From assembly GCA_013415595.1 (NCBI GenBank), contig JAAEEW010000041.1:1-30627 (forward strand): 30,627 nucleotides of DNA, given 5' to 3'. The notes under the pieces were generated by a model. That model had not been told where the DNA came from. It ran no database searches and saw only the letters and a program-made list of their open reading frames with translations. Position 1 is the stretch's first letter, and each line of letters opens with the position of its first letter. Shown here one piece after another: positions 9,026 to 18,308 of the stretch. The position numbers were made by a program, and so were the translations under genes. The DNA comes from Methanosarcinales archaeon. Lineage in GTDB: Archaea > Halobacteriota > Methanosarcinia > Methanotrichales > Methanotrichaceae.

Positions 9026-9427
9026 ATGGGCGAGATGAGAGGGGCACAGCATCTGGCTGAGTTCATCCTGGCCCACTACTGCGGACGGGTGGTGGAGGTG
9101 GGGGTGGGCTATCAGGGGGACGTGGCCTGCCGGCTGCAGAGCCTGGACCTGGTGGCCACCGACCGGTCCGGCCGGGACCTGGACGGGCTGACGGTGGTGG
9201 GAGACGACGTCTTCTCCCCCCGCCTGGAGCTCTACCAGGGGGCCAGCCTGCTCTACTCCATCCGCCCGCCCCTGGAGATCCAGGTGGCCATGGGACGTCT
9301 GGCCCGGCAGGTGGGGGCAGACGTGCTCGTCCGCCCTCTGGGAGACGAGATCGCTGATCTGCCCGGATTTGTGCGCACCCTGGTGAACCACGGCCAGGCC
9401 CGATTCTACCTGTTCAAACCTCTCTGA
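9026..9427 (+). CDS. UPF0146-family protein; start could be 9035
   Basis: VVEVGVG, VATD, DDVFSPRLELYQGASLLYSIRPPLE match the archaeal UPF0146 pattern. Lies 12 bp behind thi4. Confidence 0.85.
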   Translation: MGEMRGAQHLAEFILAHYCGRVVEVGVGYQGDVACRLQSLDLVATDRSGRDLDGLTVVGDDVFSPRLELYQGASLLYSIRPPLEIQVAMGRLARQVGADVLVRPLGDEIADLPGFVRTLVNHGQARFYLFKPL

Positions 9428-9623
9428 TCCAGGGCGCCCCAATCCAGGAGCGTCCAGGATTGGATGCGGCTGCCTCCCCGCCGCGCCCTTCCACCCCCGA
9501 ACCGCCGACCCCGGGGGCAGAACGACGCCTATGGCCCGGGCCCCGGCCGGCGGCTCGGGAGGCAATCGTGGCCCGGGCACCATCGCCAGGACACGGGAAA
9601 TCGAGGCCCTTCGCCGCTCTCTT

Positions 9624-12287
9624 TCAGCTCCCCAGCTCCGGGAGGGCCTTCTTCAGCACCTCGGCCACCAGCACCACCACCAGAGTGGTTGCAGCCACCT
9701 GAATCCAGCTCTCCAGGGAGAGTGGCGCCGTCTCGAACAGCCTCTGGAAGAGGGGCAGGTAGATGGCCGCCAGTATGGCCAGGGCAGATGCCACGATTCC
9801 TCCCAGCAGCTTCACGTTGCCCCGGGGGTTCAGGCGGAGGATGGACTGGTGGAGGGACCGGCTGCTGTAAGAGTTGTAGATCACCGCCACCCCCATGGCG
9901 GCGAAGGCCATGGTCCGGGCGTGCTCCAGGCTCTCCCCGGCCCGGTAGGACTGCACGAAGAGGGCCAGGGCCCCCAGGAAGATGGCCGAGGAGACGCCGA
10001 AGGTGTAGATGAGCAGGGGCCGGGAGAGGATGGCCTCGCCGGGGTTCCGGGGGCGGCCCTCCATCAAGCCCTTTCTGGCTGGCTCCACGGCCAGGCCGAT
10101 GGCCGGGAAGTCCTCGGCCACCACGTTGATCCACAGTATCTGCAGGGCCAGGAGGGGGACTGGCAGGCCCACGACCACTCCGACCAGGATCAGCATCACC
10201 TCGGCAAAGGTGCAGGAGAGCAGGTAGGAGCTGGCCTTGCGGATGTTGTCGTAGATCCGCCTCCCTTCCTCCACGGCGCTGACGATGGTGGCGAAGTTGT
10301 CGTCGGCGATCACCATGTCTGAGGCCTCCTTGCTCACCTCGGTCCCCGCCCGGCCCATGGCCACCCCGATGTCCGCCGCCCGCAGGGCCGGGGCGTCGTT
10401 CACCCCGTCCCCGGTCATGGCCACCACGTGGCCCCGTTTCTTGAAGGCGTTCACGATGCGCACCTTGTGCTCCGCCGTGGCCCGGGCAAAGGCCGAGATC
10501 CCGTCGATGCGGTCCATGAGCTCCTGCTCGCTCATGCGGTCCAGCTCCGGGCCCTCCAGCACCCCTCCTTCCCCGGCGATGCCAAGCTCCTCGGCGATGG
10601 CCTGGGCGGTGAGCTTGTGGTCTCCGGTGATCATCACCGGCTTGATGCCCGCAGCCATGCAGGTGCGAATGGCCGCCGCCGCCTCCTCCCGGGGCGGGTC
10701 CATTATGCCCACCAGGCCCACATAGGTCAGGTCCGCCTCCACATATTCCCGCTCCACAGGCTCCTCGGGGGCCAGATCCTTTGAGGCGAAGGCCAGGACC
10801 CGCAGCGCCCGCCTGGCCATGTCCTCCGAGGTGGCCAGGATGCTCCTCCGGTCCTCGTCGGTCAGAGGCCGCATTCCCCGGGGGTCCATGATGCTGGTGC
10901 AGTGGTCTAGCACCACCTCCACCGCCCCCTTCATGGAAACGGAGAGACCTTCCGCGGACTGGTGGACGGTGGTCATGCGCCTCATCTGGGAGTCGAAGGG
11001 ATACTCCAGGATCTCCACGTTCTCCCCGCGAACCCGATCCAGCACCCCGGCCTTCCTGGCCAGGACTATCAGCGCCCCTTCGGTGGGGTCTCCGGCCACC
11101 CGCCAGCCTCCGTTGCTGTTCTCGACCTCCGAGTTGTTGCATACAGCCCCCACCTCCAGCAGGCTCACGAGCTGCCGGTCCTTCTCCGGCTCCACCGGCC
11201 TCCCCTGACGAAGGAAGGAGCCCTCAGGCTCGTACCCCGAGCCGGTGACCTCCACCCGCCCCCCGGCCCAGATCTCTCTTACCGTCATCTCTCCCCGGGT
11301 CAGGGTTCCCGTCTTGTCGGTGCAAATCACGGTGGTGGAGCCCAGGGTCTCCACGGCCTGCAAGCGGCGGATGATGGCGTTCTTCCGGGCCATGAGCTGG
11401 GTGCCGTAGGCCAGGGCCAGGGTGACCACGAAGGGCAGAGACTCCGGTATCCCGGCCACGGCCAGGGCGGCGGCGATGATCAGCGTGTCCAGAACCGGGT
11501 TTCCGCGGCTGATCTGGAGGAAGAAGACCACTCCTGCCGCCAGAAATACCAGAAATGCCAGTTGCCGGGCCAGGCTCTCCAGCTTGACCTTGAGGGGCGG
11601 GTCCTCCGGAGCCTGCTGAACCATGCCCGAGATGCGGCCCAGCTCTGTGCCCTGGCCGGTCTCCGTGACCACCGCCCGGGAGTTGCCGTAGCCGATGATG
11701 GTCCCCATGTAGATCATGTTCCGCCGTTCGGCCAGGGGGACGTCTCCCTCAATGGTGGCCGGGTCCTTTCTCACCGGCACCGACTCTCCGGTGAGGGAGG
11801 CCTCGATGGCCTGCAGGGACATGGACTCCAGGATGCGGGCGTCGGCGGGGACCTTGTCCCCGGCCTCCATGTAGATCACGTCCCCGGGCACCAGATCTCT
11901 CACCGGCAGGCTGACCATGCTGCCGTCCCGATAGACGTCGGCCTCCGGGGCCACCATCTCCCGCAGGGCATCCATGGCCCGCTCGGCCTTGAACTCCTGG
12001 ACGAAGCCCAGCAGGGCGATGAAGAACAGAATGCCCAGCACCACGTAGGCGTTGGTGGTCTCCCCGGAGAACCAGGAGATGGCCGAGGCGGCCAGCAGGA
12101 CCAGGACCATGTAGTTCTCGAACTGGCGGAGGAATATGCGGGCCGGGGAGGGCTTGTAAAGGCTGGCCAGCTCGTTTGGCCCCGTCTCCCCCAGCCGCCT
12201 GGCCGCCTCCGGGCTGGACAGTCCCTCCGGGCTGGACCGGAGACTCTCCAGGGCCTTCCCGGGGTCCAGGGAGTGCCAGTCGGTCAT
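9624..12287 (-). CDS. P-type ATPase, type IIA-like (Ca2+/cation transporting)
   Basis: LTGES actuator motif, DKTGTLT phosphorylation site, KGA, DPPR, MITGD and TGDGVNDAPAL hinge, with multiple TM helices. Confidence 0.95.
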   Translation of the reverse strand: MTDWHSLDPGKALESLRSSPEGLSSPEAARRLGETGPNELASLYKPSPARIFLRQFENYMVLVLLAASAISWFSGETTNAYVVLGILFFIALLGFVQEFKAERAMDALREMVAPEADVYRDGSMVSLPVRDLVPGDVIYMEAGDKVPADARILESMSLQAIEASLTGESVPVRKDPATIEGDVPLAERRNMIYMGTIIGYGNSRAVVTETGQGTELGRISGMVQQAPEDPPLKVKLESLARQLAFLVFLAAGVVFFLQISRGNPVLDTLIIAAALAVAGIPESLPFVVTLALAYGTQLMARKNAIIRRLQAVETLGSTTVICTDKTGTLTRGEMTVREIWAGGRVEVTGSGYEPEGSFLRQGRPVEPEKDRQLVSLLEVGAVCNNSEVENSNGGWRVAGDPTEGALIVLARKAGVLDRVRGENVEILEYPFDSQMRRMTTVHQSAEGLSVSMKGAVEVVLDHCTSIMDPRGMRPLTDEDRRSILATSEDMARRALRVLAFASKDLAPEEPVEREYVEADLTYVGLVGIMDPPREEAAAAIRTCMAAGIKPVMITGDHKLTAQAIAEELGIAGEGGVLEGPELDRMSEQELMDRIDGISAFARATAEHKVRIVNAFKKRGHVVAMTGDGVNDAPALRAADIGVAMGRAGTEVSKEASDMVIADDNFATIVSAVEEGRRIYDNIRKASSYLLSCTFAEVMLILVGVVVGLPVPLLALQILWINVVAEDFPAIGLAVEPARKGLMEGRPRNPGEAILSRPLLIYTFGVSSAIFLGALALFVQSYRAGESLEHARTMAFAAMGVAVIYNSYSSRSLHQSILRLNPRGNVKLLGGIVASALAILAAIYLPLFQRLFETAPLSLESWIQVAATTLVVVLVAEVLKKALPELGS

Positions 12288-12639
12288 GGGGCGCTCACCC
12301 GGCTGCTCTTCACCTGAAAATCAGAACACGGTGCACAGGATATCATCTTCATAAAATTCCTCTGGCTCGCAGGGGATCAATAGCCAGGAGGGATTGCCCC
12401 TCCAGAGAGCAGACGAGTCACAGGACCTGTGGCTGATTGAAACCGCCGCGATTGATATCGATTATTCCGTCCATCCTCTTGCTTTTCTGGTGGTCGTGAA
12501 GTCTTTGGCTAATCCAGGTCGGGCTTTCCCCCCAGAGCGGCGGGAAAGCAACGACCTGCCCGGCCCTGCTGCCGGGGTGATTTGGGGATATTGACTCTTT
12601 AGGGTAGGCATTGCTGGTATTTAGGAGATGCCCCTGCGA

Positions 12640-12761
12640 AATTTTTAATTATAGTTTAACAATATTTATTAATACAAAGACGATCTTTTTTTGACTGACC
12701 AATAAAAAACGATAATTTTAAATATAACAAGATAAACTTATAATCAAAGAAGTAGGAGGTT
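12640..12761. promoter_or_regulatory. AT-rich promoter region with RBS for the downstream transglutaminase-like gene
   Basis: Strongly AT-rich block in a GC-rich genome with several TATA-like tracts. aggaggt lies immediately before ATG 12762. Confidence 0.6.
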
Positions 12762-13454
12762 ATGCAACTGCCGGCCAAGTACAACTGGGGAGGAGACGAG
12801 ATCCTGAGGGACACCATCATGTGGAACAAGCGAGCAGTCCTGGGATACCCCAACGTCTACATCCCCACCGACATCCGGGAATGGATCGCTTCGCCGGAGA
12901 GCGAGGTGATCAAGAGCACTCTTCGGGAGATCGACCTGCCCTCGGCCAGGAATGCCGGCTCCTTCGACCTGCGGGCCTGGAAGATCTGGAAGTACGTGGC
13001 CGAGAACGTTCAGTACGTGACCGACGAGGAGTCCAGCGGCGTTGTCGACTTCTGGCTGTACCCTGCCGAGACCCTCACTCTGCGCAAGGGCGACTGCGAG
13101 GACTCCTCCTTCCTCCTGGCCTCCCTGCTCCTGGCCAGCGGAATAAGCGATCACTGCTTCCGGGTGGTGCTGGGGAAGGTGCAGGGGGCCCAGGGAGACT
13201 ACGGCCATGCCTGGGTGGTCTACCAGGGCGAAGACGGCAAGTGGTGCCAGCTGGAGAGCACGGCCAACTCCGTGCCCCCATCCCTGGTCCAGGCCGACCC
13301 CCTCACCGAGAGCGGGGCCAAGGACAGGTACGAGCCCCAGTTCTGCCTCAACCGGGCTCACCTGTGGCTGATCTACCCGGCACAGATGCAGATGGCGGAG
13401 TACATCCAGATGAGGGAGACCACCCCCGGCGGGCGGCCCGGGGCTTCCCTCTAG
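12762..13454 (+). CDS. Transglutaminase-like cysteine proteinase (BTLCP/LapG-like)
   Basis: DFWLYPAETL..KGDCEDSSFLLASLL, GHAWV and QLEST give a Cys-His-acid triad pattern. No signal peptide is evident. Confidence 0.85.
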   Translation: MQLPAKYNWGGDEILRDTIMWNKRAVLGYPNVYIPTDIREWIASPESEVIKSTLREIDLPSARNAGSFDLRAWKIWKYVAENVQYVTDEESSGVVDFWLYPAETLTLRKGDCEDSSFLLASLLLASGISDHCFRVVLGKVQGAQGDYGHAWVVYQGEDGKWCQLESTANSVPPSLVQADPLTESGAKDRYEPQFCLNRAHLWLIYPAQMQMAEYIQMRETTPGGRPGASL

Positions 13455-13542
13455 GCCCCAGGGGGGAAGGTTTCCGGGGCGCCGGATTCCGAAGAGGCCC
13501 GGGAACTGGCCAGATCGAGGCCCGGGCAAGATCCCGGAGAAT

Positions 13543-14052
13543 CTACCGGAATTGGCGGTCCTTGGCCAGCCGCTCGAACCGCTCTGCGATGCCTTTCCAG
13601 TGGGAGCCCTGCCAGTAGGTCTGCCCGCAGGCCAGGCACCTCCAGGCGATCTTGCACTCCTTTGTCTGCTCCTCGAAATCCCCCGGTGATTCAATCGAAG
13701 ATCCTTCCATGGCCGGGGATTCTTCCGCAACCAGAGATTCTTCCCGGACCAGAGGGCCGTTGCATAGCGTGCACCTGGCCGGCTCCTGCTGAAATGTGAC
13801 GCCGGCCCTGGCCATCTCCTGGAGCTGATCGTCCAGCCGGGAGGAGCGGATCAGTATGCAGTCCTGGCCGGCCCGGGCGCAGGCCTGCGATAGCTCCCGG
13901 TCCCGGGTGATGAGGGTTCTCCCACCCTCCCTGGCCCGGCTCATCAGCCCCCGGTCATCTTCGTCGCCCGGATTTTCCACGTCCAGCCCGGCCATCCGCA
14001 GCCCGCGGCCCAGGCGAAGGAGCATGTGGTCCACCAGGAAGGCCCCTTTCAT
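13543..14052 (-). CDS. Mut7-C (PIN-like) RNase domain protein with C4 zinc ribbon
   Basis: FLVDHMLLRLGRGLRMAGLD, LITRDREL, RCTLCNGPL and RCLACGQTYWQGSHW. Confidence 0.9.
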   Translation of the reverse strand: MKGAFLVDHMLLRLGRGLRMAGLDVENPGDEDDRGLMSRAREGGRTLITRDRELSQACARAGQDCILIRSSRLDDQLQEMARAGVTFQQEPARCTLCNGPLVREESLVAEESPAMEGSSIESPGDFEEQTKECKIAWRCLACGQTYWQGSHWKGIAERFERLAKDRQFR

Positions 14053-14108
14053 AGCTGGAGAATGGAAGGCCGCAACTATTTATCAATTGAGCCGAATTTT
14101 TGGGAGCG

Positions 14109-16028
14109 ATGAAGAAGGCCATGAGCAATGTGGACGCGGCCGCCATGGTCGCCGAGCTGCAGGAGCGGCTGGTGGGCGGCTTTGTGGGCAAGGCCTACCA
14201 GATCACCGGAGACTCCGTCTGGATCACCGTTCAGTCCCCGGCCGAGGGCCGACTGGACCTGCTGATCGAGGCCGGCAAGCGCATCCACATAACGAGGGGG
14301 GAGCGGAAAGCCTCCAAGACCCCGCCCCAGTTCCCGACCATGCTCCGGGCCCACCTGTCCGGGGGCCGCATCGCCGCCGTGGAGCAGTACGACTTCGACC
14401 GGGTGGTGCAGATCACGGTGGAGAGAAGCGGCGGAAAGCGACTGCTGGTGGTGGAACTCTTCCCCAAGGGAAACGTCGTCCTCCTGGACGAGGAGATGAA
14501 GATAATTCTCCCTCTCCGGCCCATGGCCTTCCGGGGGAGGAAGCTGGTGGCCGGGGAGGAGTACCTCTACCACTACGGCCAGCAGGACCCCCGGTCCGTA
14601 TCCCTGGAGTACCTGACCAACCTGCTGACCACCTCCGATGCCGACCTGGTGCGAACCATCGTGCGGGGCCTGAACATGGGCGGGGTCTACGGCGAGGAGG
14701 TCTGCCTGAGGGCCGGCCTGGAGAAGAACCGACCGGCGGCCACCCTGAATCCCGAAGAGATGGTGAGGGTCCGCGATTCCCTGAGGGCGGTCTTTTGCCT
14801 GGAGGAGGTCCAGCCCCGGATCGTTTTGCAGGACGGCCAGCCCCTAGACGTGATCCCCTCCCCCCTCCAGGTTTACCGGGAGCGGGAGGCCAGGCCCTTC
14901 ACCAGGTTCAGCGAGGCTCTGGACGCCTTCTTCGTGGCCGAGGAGCCCGCGCAGAAGAAGACGGCCATAGACCGCAGGCTGGAGATCCAGCAGCGGGCCA
15001 TCCAGGAGTTCGAGGCCCTGGAGAGGGAGAGGGCTCTTCTCGGAGAGATGGTCTACCAGCACTACGGAGAGATAGATGCCATTCTGAGGGTGATTGCCGG
15101 GGCCAGGGAGAAGGGATTTTCCTACCAGGAGATCTGGGACCGCATAAGCGAGTCCGGAATGCCGAAGGCCCAGGCCATCAGGTCCCTGGACTACAGGGGG
15201 GAGTTCAGGATGCAGGTGGAAGACCGGGAGCTGGAGCTGAACGCCGAGCTGACCGTTCCCCAGAACGCAAAGCGCTACTACGACCGGGCCAAGGAGGCGG
15301 GCAAGAAGCACTCCGGAGCGGTGAGCGCCTACGAGGCCACCCTGCAGCTAAAAGACAGGAAGGCGGAGCCCCGCAAGTCGAAGGGCCCGGTCCTGCGCAG
15401 GAGAAAGCCCCGCTGGTTCGAGAGGTTCCGGTGGTTCACGTCCTCAGACGACTTCCTGGTGATCGGCGGCCGGGACGTGGACAGCAACGAGGAGATCTAC
15501 GCCAAGTACCTGGAGAAGAGGGACCTGGCCCTGCACACCGACGCCCCCGGGGCGCCCCTGACGGTGATCAAGACCGAGGGCCGGGAGGTGCCGGAGACCA
15601 CCATCCAGGAGGCGGCCCAGTTCGCCGTCTCCTACAGCAGCATCTGGAAGGGGGGGCTGGCCGAGGGCGACTGCTACCTGGTGAACGGCGACCAGGTGAC
15701 CAAGACCCCGGAGCCGGGGGAGTTCCTGCGAAAGGGGGCCTTCGTCATCCGGGGAGAGCGCCGCTACTTCCGGGACGTCCCGGTGGGTGTGGCAGTGGGC
15801 ATCGCCGGGGATATGCTCATCGGCGGGCCGGTCTATGCCATCGAGGAGCGGGCCGATCCGGTGGTGGTAATCGAGCCGGGGGAGTTCAACGCCGACGACC
15901 TGGCCAAGCGGATCTACCGCCAGTTTGCGGAGAAGTACGAGGACAAGAGGGTGATCAAGGCCATAGCCCCCACCGACCTGATCGTCTCCTTCCTGCCGCC
16001 GGGAGGCTCCAGGGTGCGGGAGAGGTAG
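14109..16028 (+). CDS. rqcH: Ribosome quality-control protein RqcH/Rqc2 (NFACT family)
   Basis: MSNVDAAAMVAEL, FPTMLRAHLSGGRI, QYDFDRVV, VELFPKGNVVL, TVPQNAKRYYDRAK, WFERFRWF, GGRDVDSNE, SKTPEPGEFL-like KTPEPGEFLRKGAFVIRGER. Confidence 0.95.
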   Translation: MKKAMSNVDAAAMVAELQERLVGGFVGKAYQITGDSVWITVQSPAEGRLDLLIEAGKRIHITRGERKASKTPPQFPTMLRAHLSGGRIAAVEQYDFDRVVQITVERSGGKRLLVVELFPKGNVVLLDEEMKIILPLRPMAFRGRKLVAGEEYLYHYGQQDPRSVSLEYLTNLLTTSDADLVRTIVRGLNMGGVYGEEVCLRAGLEKNRPAATLNPEEMVRVRDSLRAVFCLEEVQPRIVLQDGQPLDVIPSPLQVYREREARPFTRFSEALDAFFVAEEPAQKKTAIDRRLEIQQRAIQEFEALERERALLGEMVYQHYGEIDAILRVIAGAREKGFSYQEIWDRISESGMPKAQAIRSLDYRGEFRMQVEDRELELNAELTVPQNAKRYYDRAKEAGKKHSGAVSAYEATLQLKDRKAEPRKSKGPVLRRRKPRWFERFRWFTSSDDFLVIGGRDVDSNEEIYAKYLEKRDLALHTDAPGAPLTVIKTEGREVPETTIQEAAQFAVSYSSIWKGGLAEGDCYLVNGDQVTKTPEPGEFLRKGAFVIRGERRYFRDVPVGVAVGIAGDMLIGGPVYAIEERADPVVVIEPGEFNADDLAKRIYRQFAEKYEDKRVIKAIAPTDLIVSFLPPGGSRVRER

Positions 16029-16080
16029 AGACTCCGGCCCCGGATGAATCCGGCCGTTCCCGAGGACCGTTCATACTATA

Positions 16081-16098
16081 AAAAGAAAGGTTTAAAGT
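16081..16098 (+). promoter_or_regulatory. BRE/TATA promoter of ilvA
   Basis: Purine-rich aaaagaaagg followed by tttaaagt, ending about 21 nt before ATG 16120. Confidence 0.55.
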
Positions 16099-16119
16099 AC
16101 TTGGCGCAGACATTCTGTC

Positions 16120-17325
16120 ATGATTTCTCTGGCCGAGTTTCAAGATGCTGCCCGGGTCCTCCAGGGCAGGATCCTGCCTACGCCCCTGATCTACAGCCCC
16201 ACCTTCAGCCAGATGAGCGGAGCGGAAGTTTACCTCAAGCTGGAGTGCCTGCAGAAGGGCGGCTCCTTCAAGGTCCGGGGGGCCACCTACAAGGTGCAGT
16301 CCCGCCGGCAAGAGATCGGCCCTGGGGGAGTGGTGGCCGCCTCCGCCGGAAACCACGCCCAGGGGGTGGCCCTGGCCGCCAGGGACGCCGGGGTCCCGGC
16401 CAGGATCGTAATGCCCAGGTGGGTCTCCATCAGCAAGCAGGAGGCCACCCGCCGCTACGGGGCAGAGGTGATCCTGCAGGGAGAGACCCTGGTGGAGAGC
16501 ATCGCCCTGGCCCGGGAGATGGCCGGGGAGGGCCGGACCTTCATCCACCCCTACGACGATCGGGAGATCGTGACCGGCCAGGGAACCATAGGGCTGGAGA
16601 TCGTGGAGGATCTGCCGGACGTAGACTGCATCTTCGTGCCCCTGGGCGGCGGGGGGCTGATCAGCGGCATAGCCCTGGCCGCCAGAGCCCTGAGGCCAGA
16701 GGTCCGGATGGTGGGGGTGCAGGCCGCCTCCTGCCCCTCCGCCCGGGCGGCCCTGCAGGCCGGCGAGCCGGTGGAGGTCGCAGCCCAGAAGTCCATCGCC
16801 GACGCCATTACCGTCACCCGGGTGGGAGACCTGAACTTCCCCATCATCCGGGACTGTGTGGACCATGTGGCCCTGGTGGAGGAGGACCAGATAGCTGCGG
16901 CCATACTGATGCTCCTGGAGCGAAAAAAGGTGCTGGCCGAGGGCGCCGGAGCCGCGCCCCTGGCCGCCCTCCTGAACATGACCGCCTCCGTAGCCCGGGG
17001 GAGCAAGGTGGTGCTGGTGGTCTCCGGCGGAAACCTGGACCGCACCCTCCTGGACCGCATCTTGCGGCAGGGGATGCTGCACAGCGGCCGGATCATGCGC
17101 TTCTCCGTCTGCCTGGAGGACGTCCCCGGCTCTCTGGCCCGGCTGCTATCCCTGATGGCCGAGCAGGAGGCCAACGTGCTGCACATCCGCCACGTGCGAA
17201 GCGAGCGGGAGCTGCCCATCTGCGCCAGCCGGGTGGAGGTGGAGATGGAGACCCGGGGCTTCGAGCACGTGAAGAGGATAGCCGAGGCGCTGAGGCAGGC
17301 CGGGTACCGCATGGAGATGAAGTGA
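16120..17325 (+). CDS. ilvA: Threonine ammonia-lyase with C-terminal ACT domain
   Basis: KLECLQKGGSFKVRGA (PLP Lys), ASAGNHAQG, HPYDD, GQGTIGLE, PLGGGGL, EGAGA, SGGN, and ACT domain LEDVPGSLARLL. Confidence 0.95.
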   Translation: MISLAEFQDAARVLQGRILPTPLIYSPTFSQMSGAEVYLKLECLQKGGSFKVRGATYKVQSRRQEIGPGGVVAASAGNHAQGVALAARDAGVPARIVMPRWVSISKQEATRRYGAEVILQGETLVESIALAREMAGEGRTFIHPYDDREIVTGQGTIGLEIVEDLPDVDCIFVPLGGGGLISGIALAARALRPEVRMVGVQAASCPSARAALQAGEPVEVAAQKSIADAITVTRVGDLNFPIIRDCVDHVALVEEDQIAAAILMLLERKKVLAEGAGAAPLAALLNMTASVARGSKVVLVVSGGNLDRTLLDRILRQGMLHSGRIMRFSVCLEDVPGSLARLLSLMAEQEANVLHIRHVRSERELPICASRVEVEMETRGFEHVKRIAEALRQAGYRMEMK

Positions 17326-17351
17326 GACTTAGATGAAGATGAGGTGAGACT
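17315..17351. repeat. 15-bp direct repeat duplicating the ilvA 3' end
   Basis: agatgaagtgagact (17315-17329) and agatgaggtgagact (17337-17351), one mismatch. Confidence 0.75.
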
Positions 17352-17356
17352 GAAGT

Positions 17357-17373
17357 GGGCGGGCCCCTTTTTT
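17357..17373 (+). terminator. Short GC stem plus T6 terminator candidate for ilvA
   Basis: gggcgggcccctttttt between convergent genes. Confidence 0.45.
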
Positions 17374-17399
17374 GATGATGTCCCTTCCCGTCTTGCCCT

Positions 17400-18254
17400 T
17401 CACCCGTTCTTCCTGTAGAGCACGTGCCCGCACTGCTTGCAGTGGGAGGCGTCCATGTCGTGGCGGTTGAGGCCGCAGTCGGGACAGATGACGCTCTTCT
17501 TGGCGGAGATGGTCAGCCACTCCCGCACGATCTGGCTGGCCTGCCAGGGTATGAGGATTATCCCGGAGATGATCATCAGCACCGTCACCCACCTCCCGGC
17601 TTCGGAGACGGGGACGATGTCGCCAAAGCCCACCGTGGAGAGGGCGACGACGGTGAAGTAGAAGGCGTCGCCGAAGTTTCTCACCATGGGATTGGCCGGG
17701 CTCTCCACATAGTAGAACAGCCCTGAAGAAATGAAGAAGATGATCAGTATGGTGAGGGTCAGGCGCATCACCTTCAATAGATCGGTGGCGATGACGCCAA
17801 AGAACATGTGGTCGACGGCGAAGAAGCGCAGGAAGCGGAATATGCGAAAGACGGCAAATACCCGGATGGTCTTCAGCACGCCGATGTGCAGGGAGAGGCC
17901 GAAGAAGGGCATTATTATCTCCAGAATGGTGGGAAAGATGGCCACCAGGTCGATGATGCTGTAGATGTGCCTGACGTGGGAGCGCCGGTCGTAGCTGCCG
18001 TAGAGCCGGAGGACGTACTCCACTATGAAGAAGAAGACCACCGACACCTCAATCCTCCACAGGACCTCTCTGGCCTGATCGGAGATGGTGTAGGTGTTGG
18101 CCACGAAGATGGCGCAGATCAGCAGGTTGAGAGATATTATCAGGAAGTCTATGCCCCGGCCGAGAGGCGTCCGGTGATCTATCATATAAAAGTGAACAGA
18201 CTCCCTGAAGGAGCGTTCGGGCTGGCTAACCTGACTGTTCTCTGGCCTGGACAT
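17400..18254 (-). CDS. 6TM voltage-gated K+ channel-like ion transport protein with C-terminal Cys4 zinc ribbon
   Basis: S4-like IRVFAVFRIFRFLRF, pore FGDAFYFTVVALSTVGFGD, tail CPDCG...HCKQCG. Start 18254 (alternative 18263). Confidence 0.92.
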   Translation of the reverse strand: MSRPENSQVSQPERSFRESVHFYMIDHRTPLGRGIDFLIISLNLLICAIFVANTYTISDQAREVLWRIEVSVVFFFIVEYVLRLYGSYDRRSHVRHIYSIIDLVAIFPTILEIIMPFFGLSLHIGVLKTIRVFAVFRIFRFLRFFAVDHMFFGVIATDLLKVMRLTLTILIIFFISSGLFYYVESPANPMVRNFGDAFYFTVVALSTVGFGDIVPVSEAGRWVTVLMIISGIILIPWQASQIVREWLTISAKKSVICPDCGLNRHDMDASHCKQCGHVLYRKNG

Positions 18255-18308
18255 CGTGATCACTGTTATGTTTTACCGGAATAAGTTGTCTTCGATGGGA
18301 TATCCAAT

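Noticed and set aside
12349-12474. Minus-strand short ORF MDGIIDINRGGFNQPQVL with in-frame TGA followed by open frame (possible Sec read-through)
   Set aside because: No recognisable selenoprotein homology or SECIS, and the short length is compatible with chance.
12600-12640. Resemblance to a fluoride (crcB) riboswitch on the minus strand (ggcatctcc...aatgcctac)
   Set aside because: It lacks the 5' GGAGAUG/GGCGAUG needed for P1 and the AAACCGC...GCUGAUG stem in the right order.
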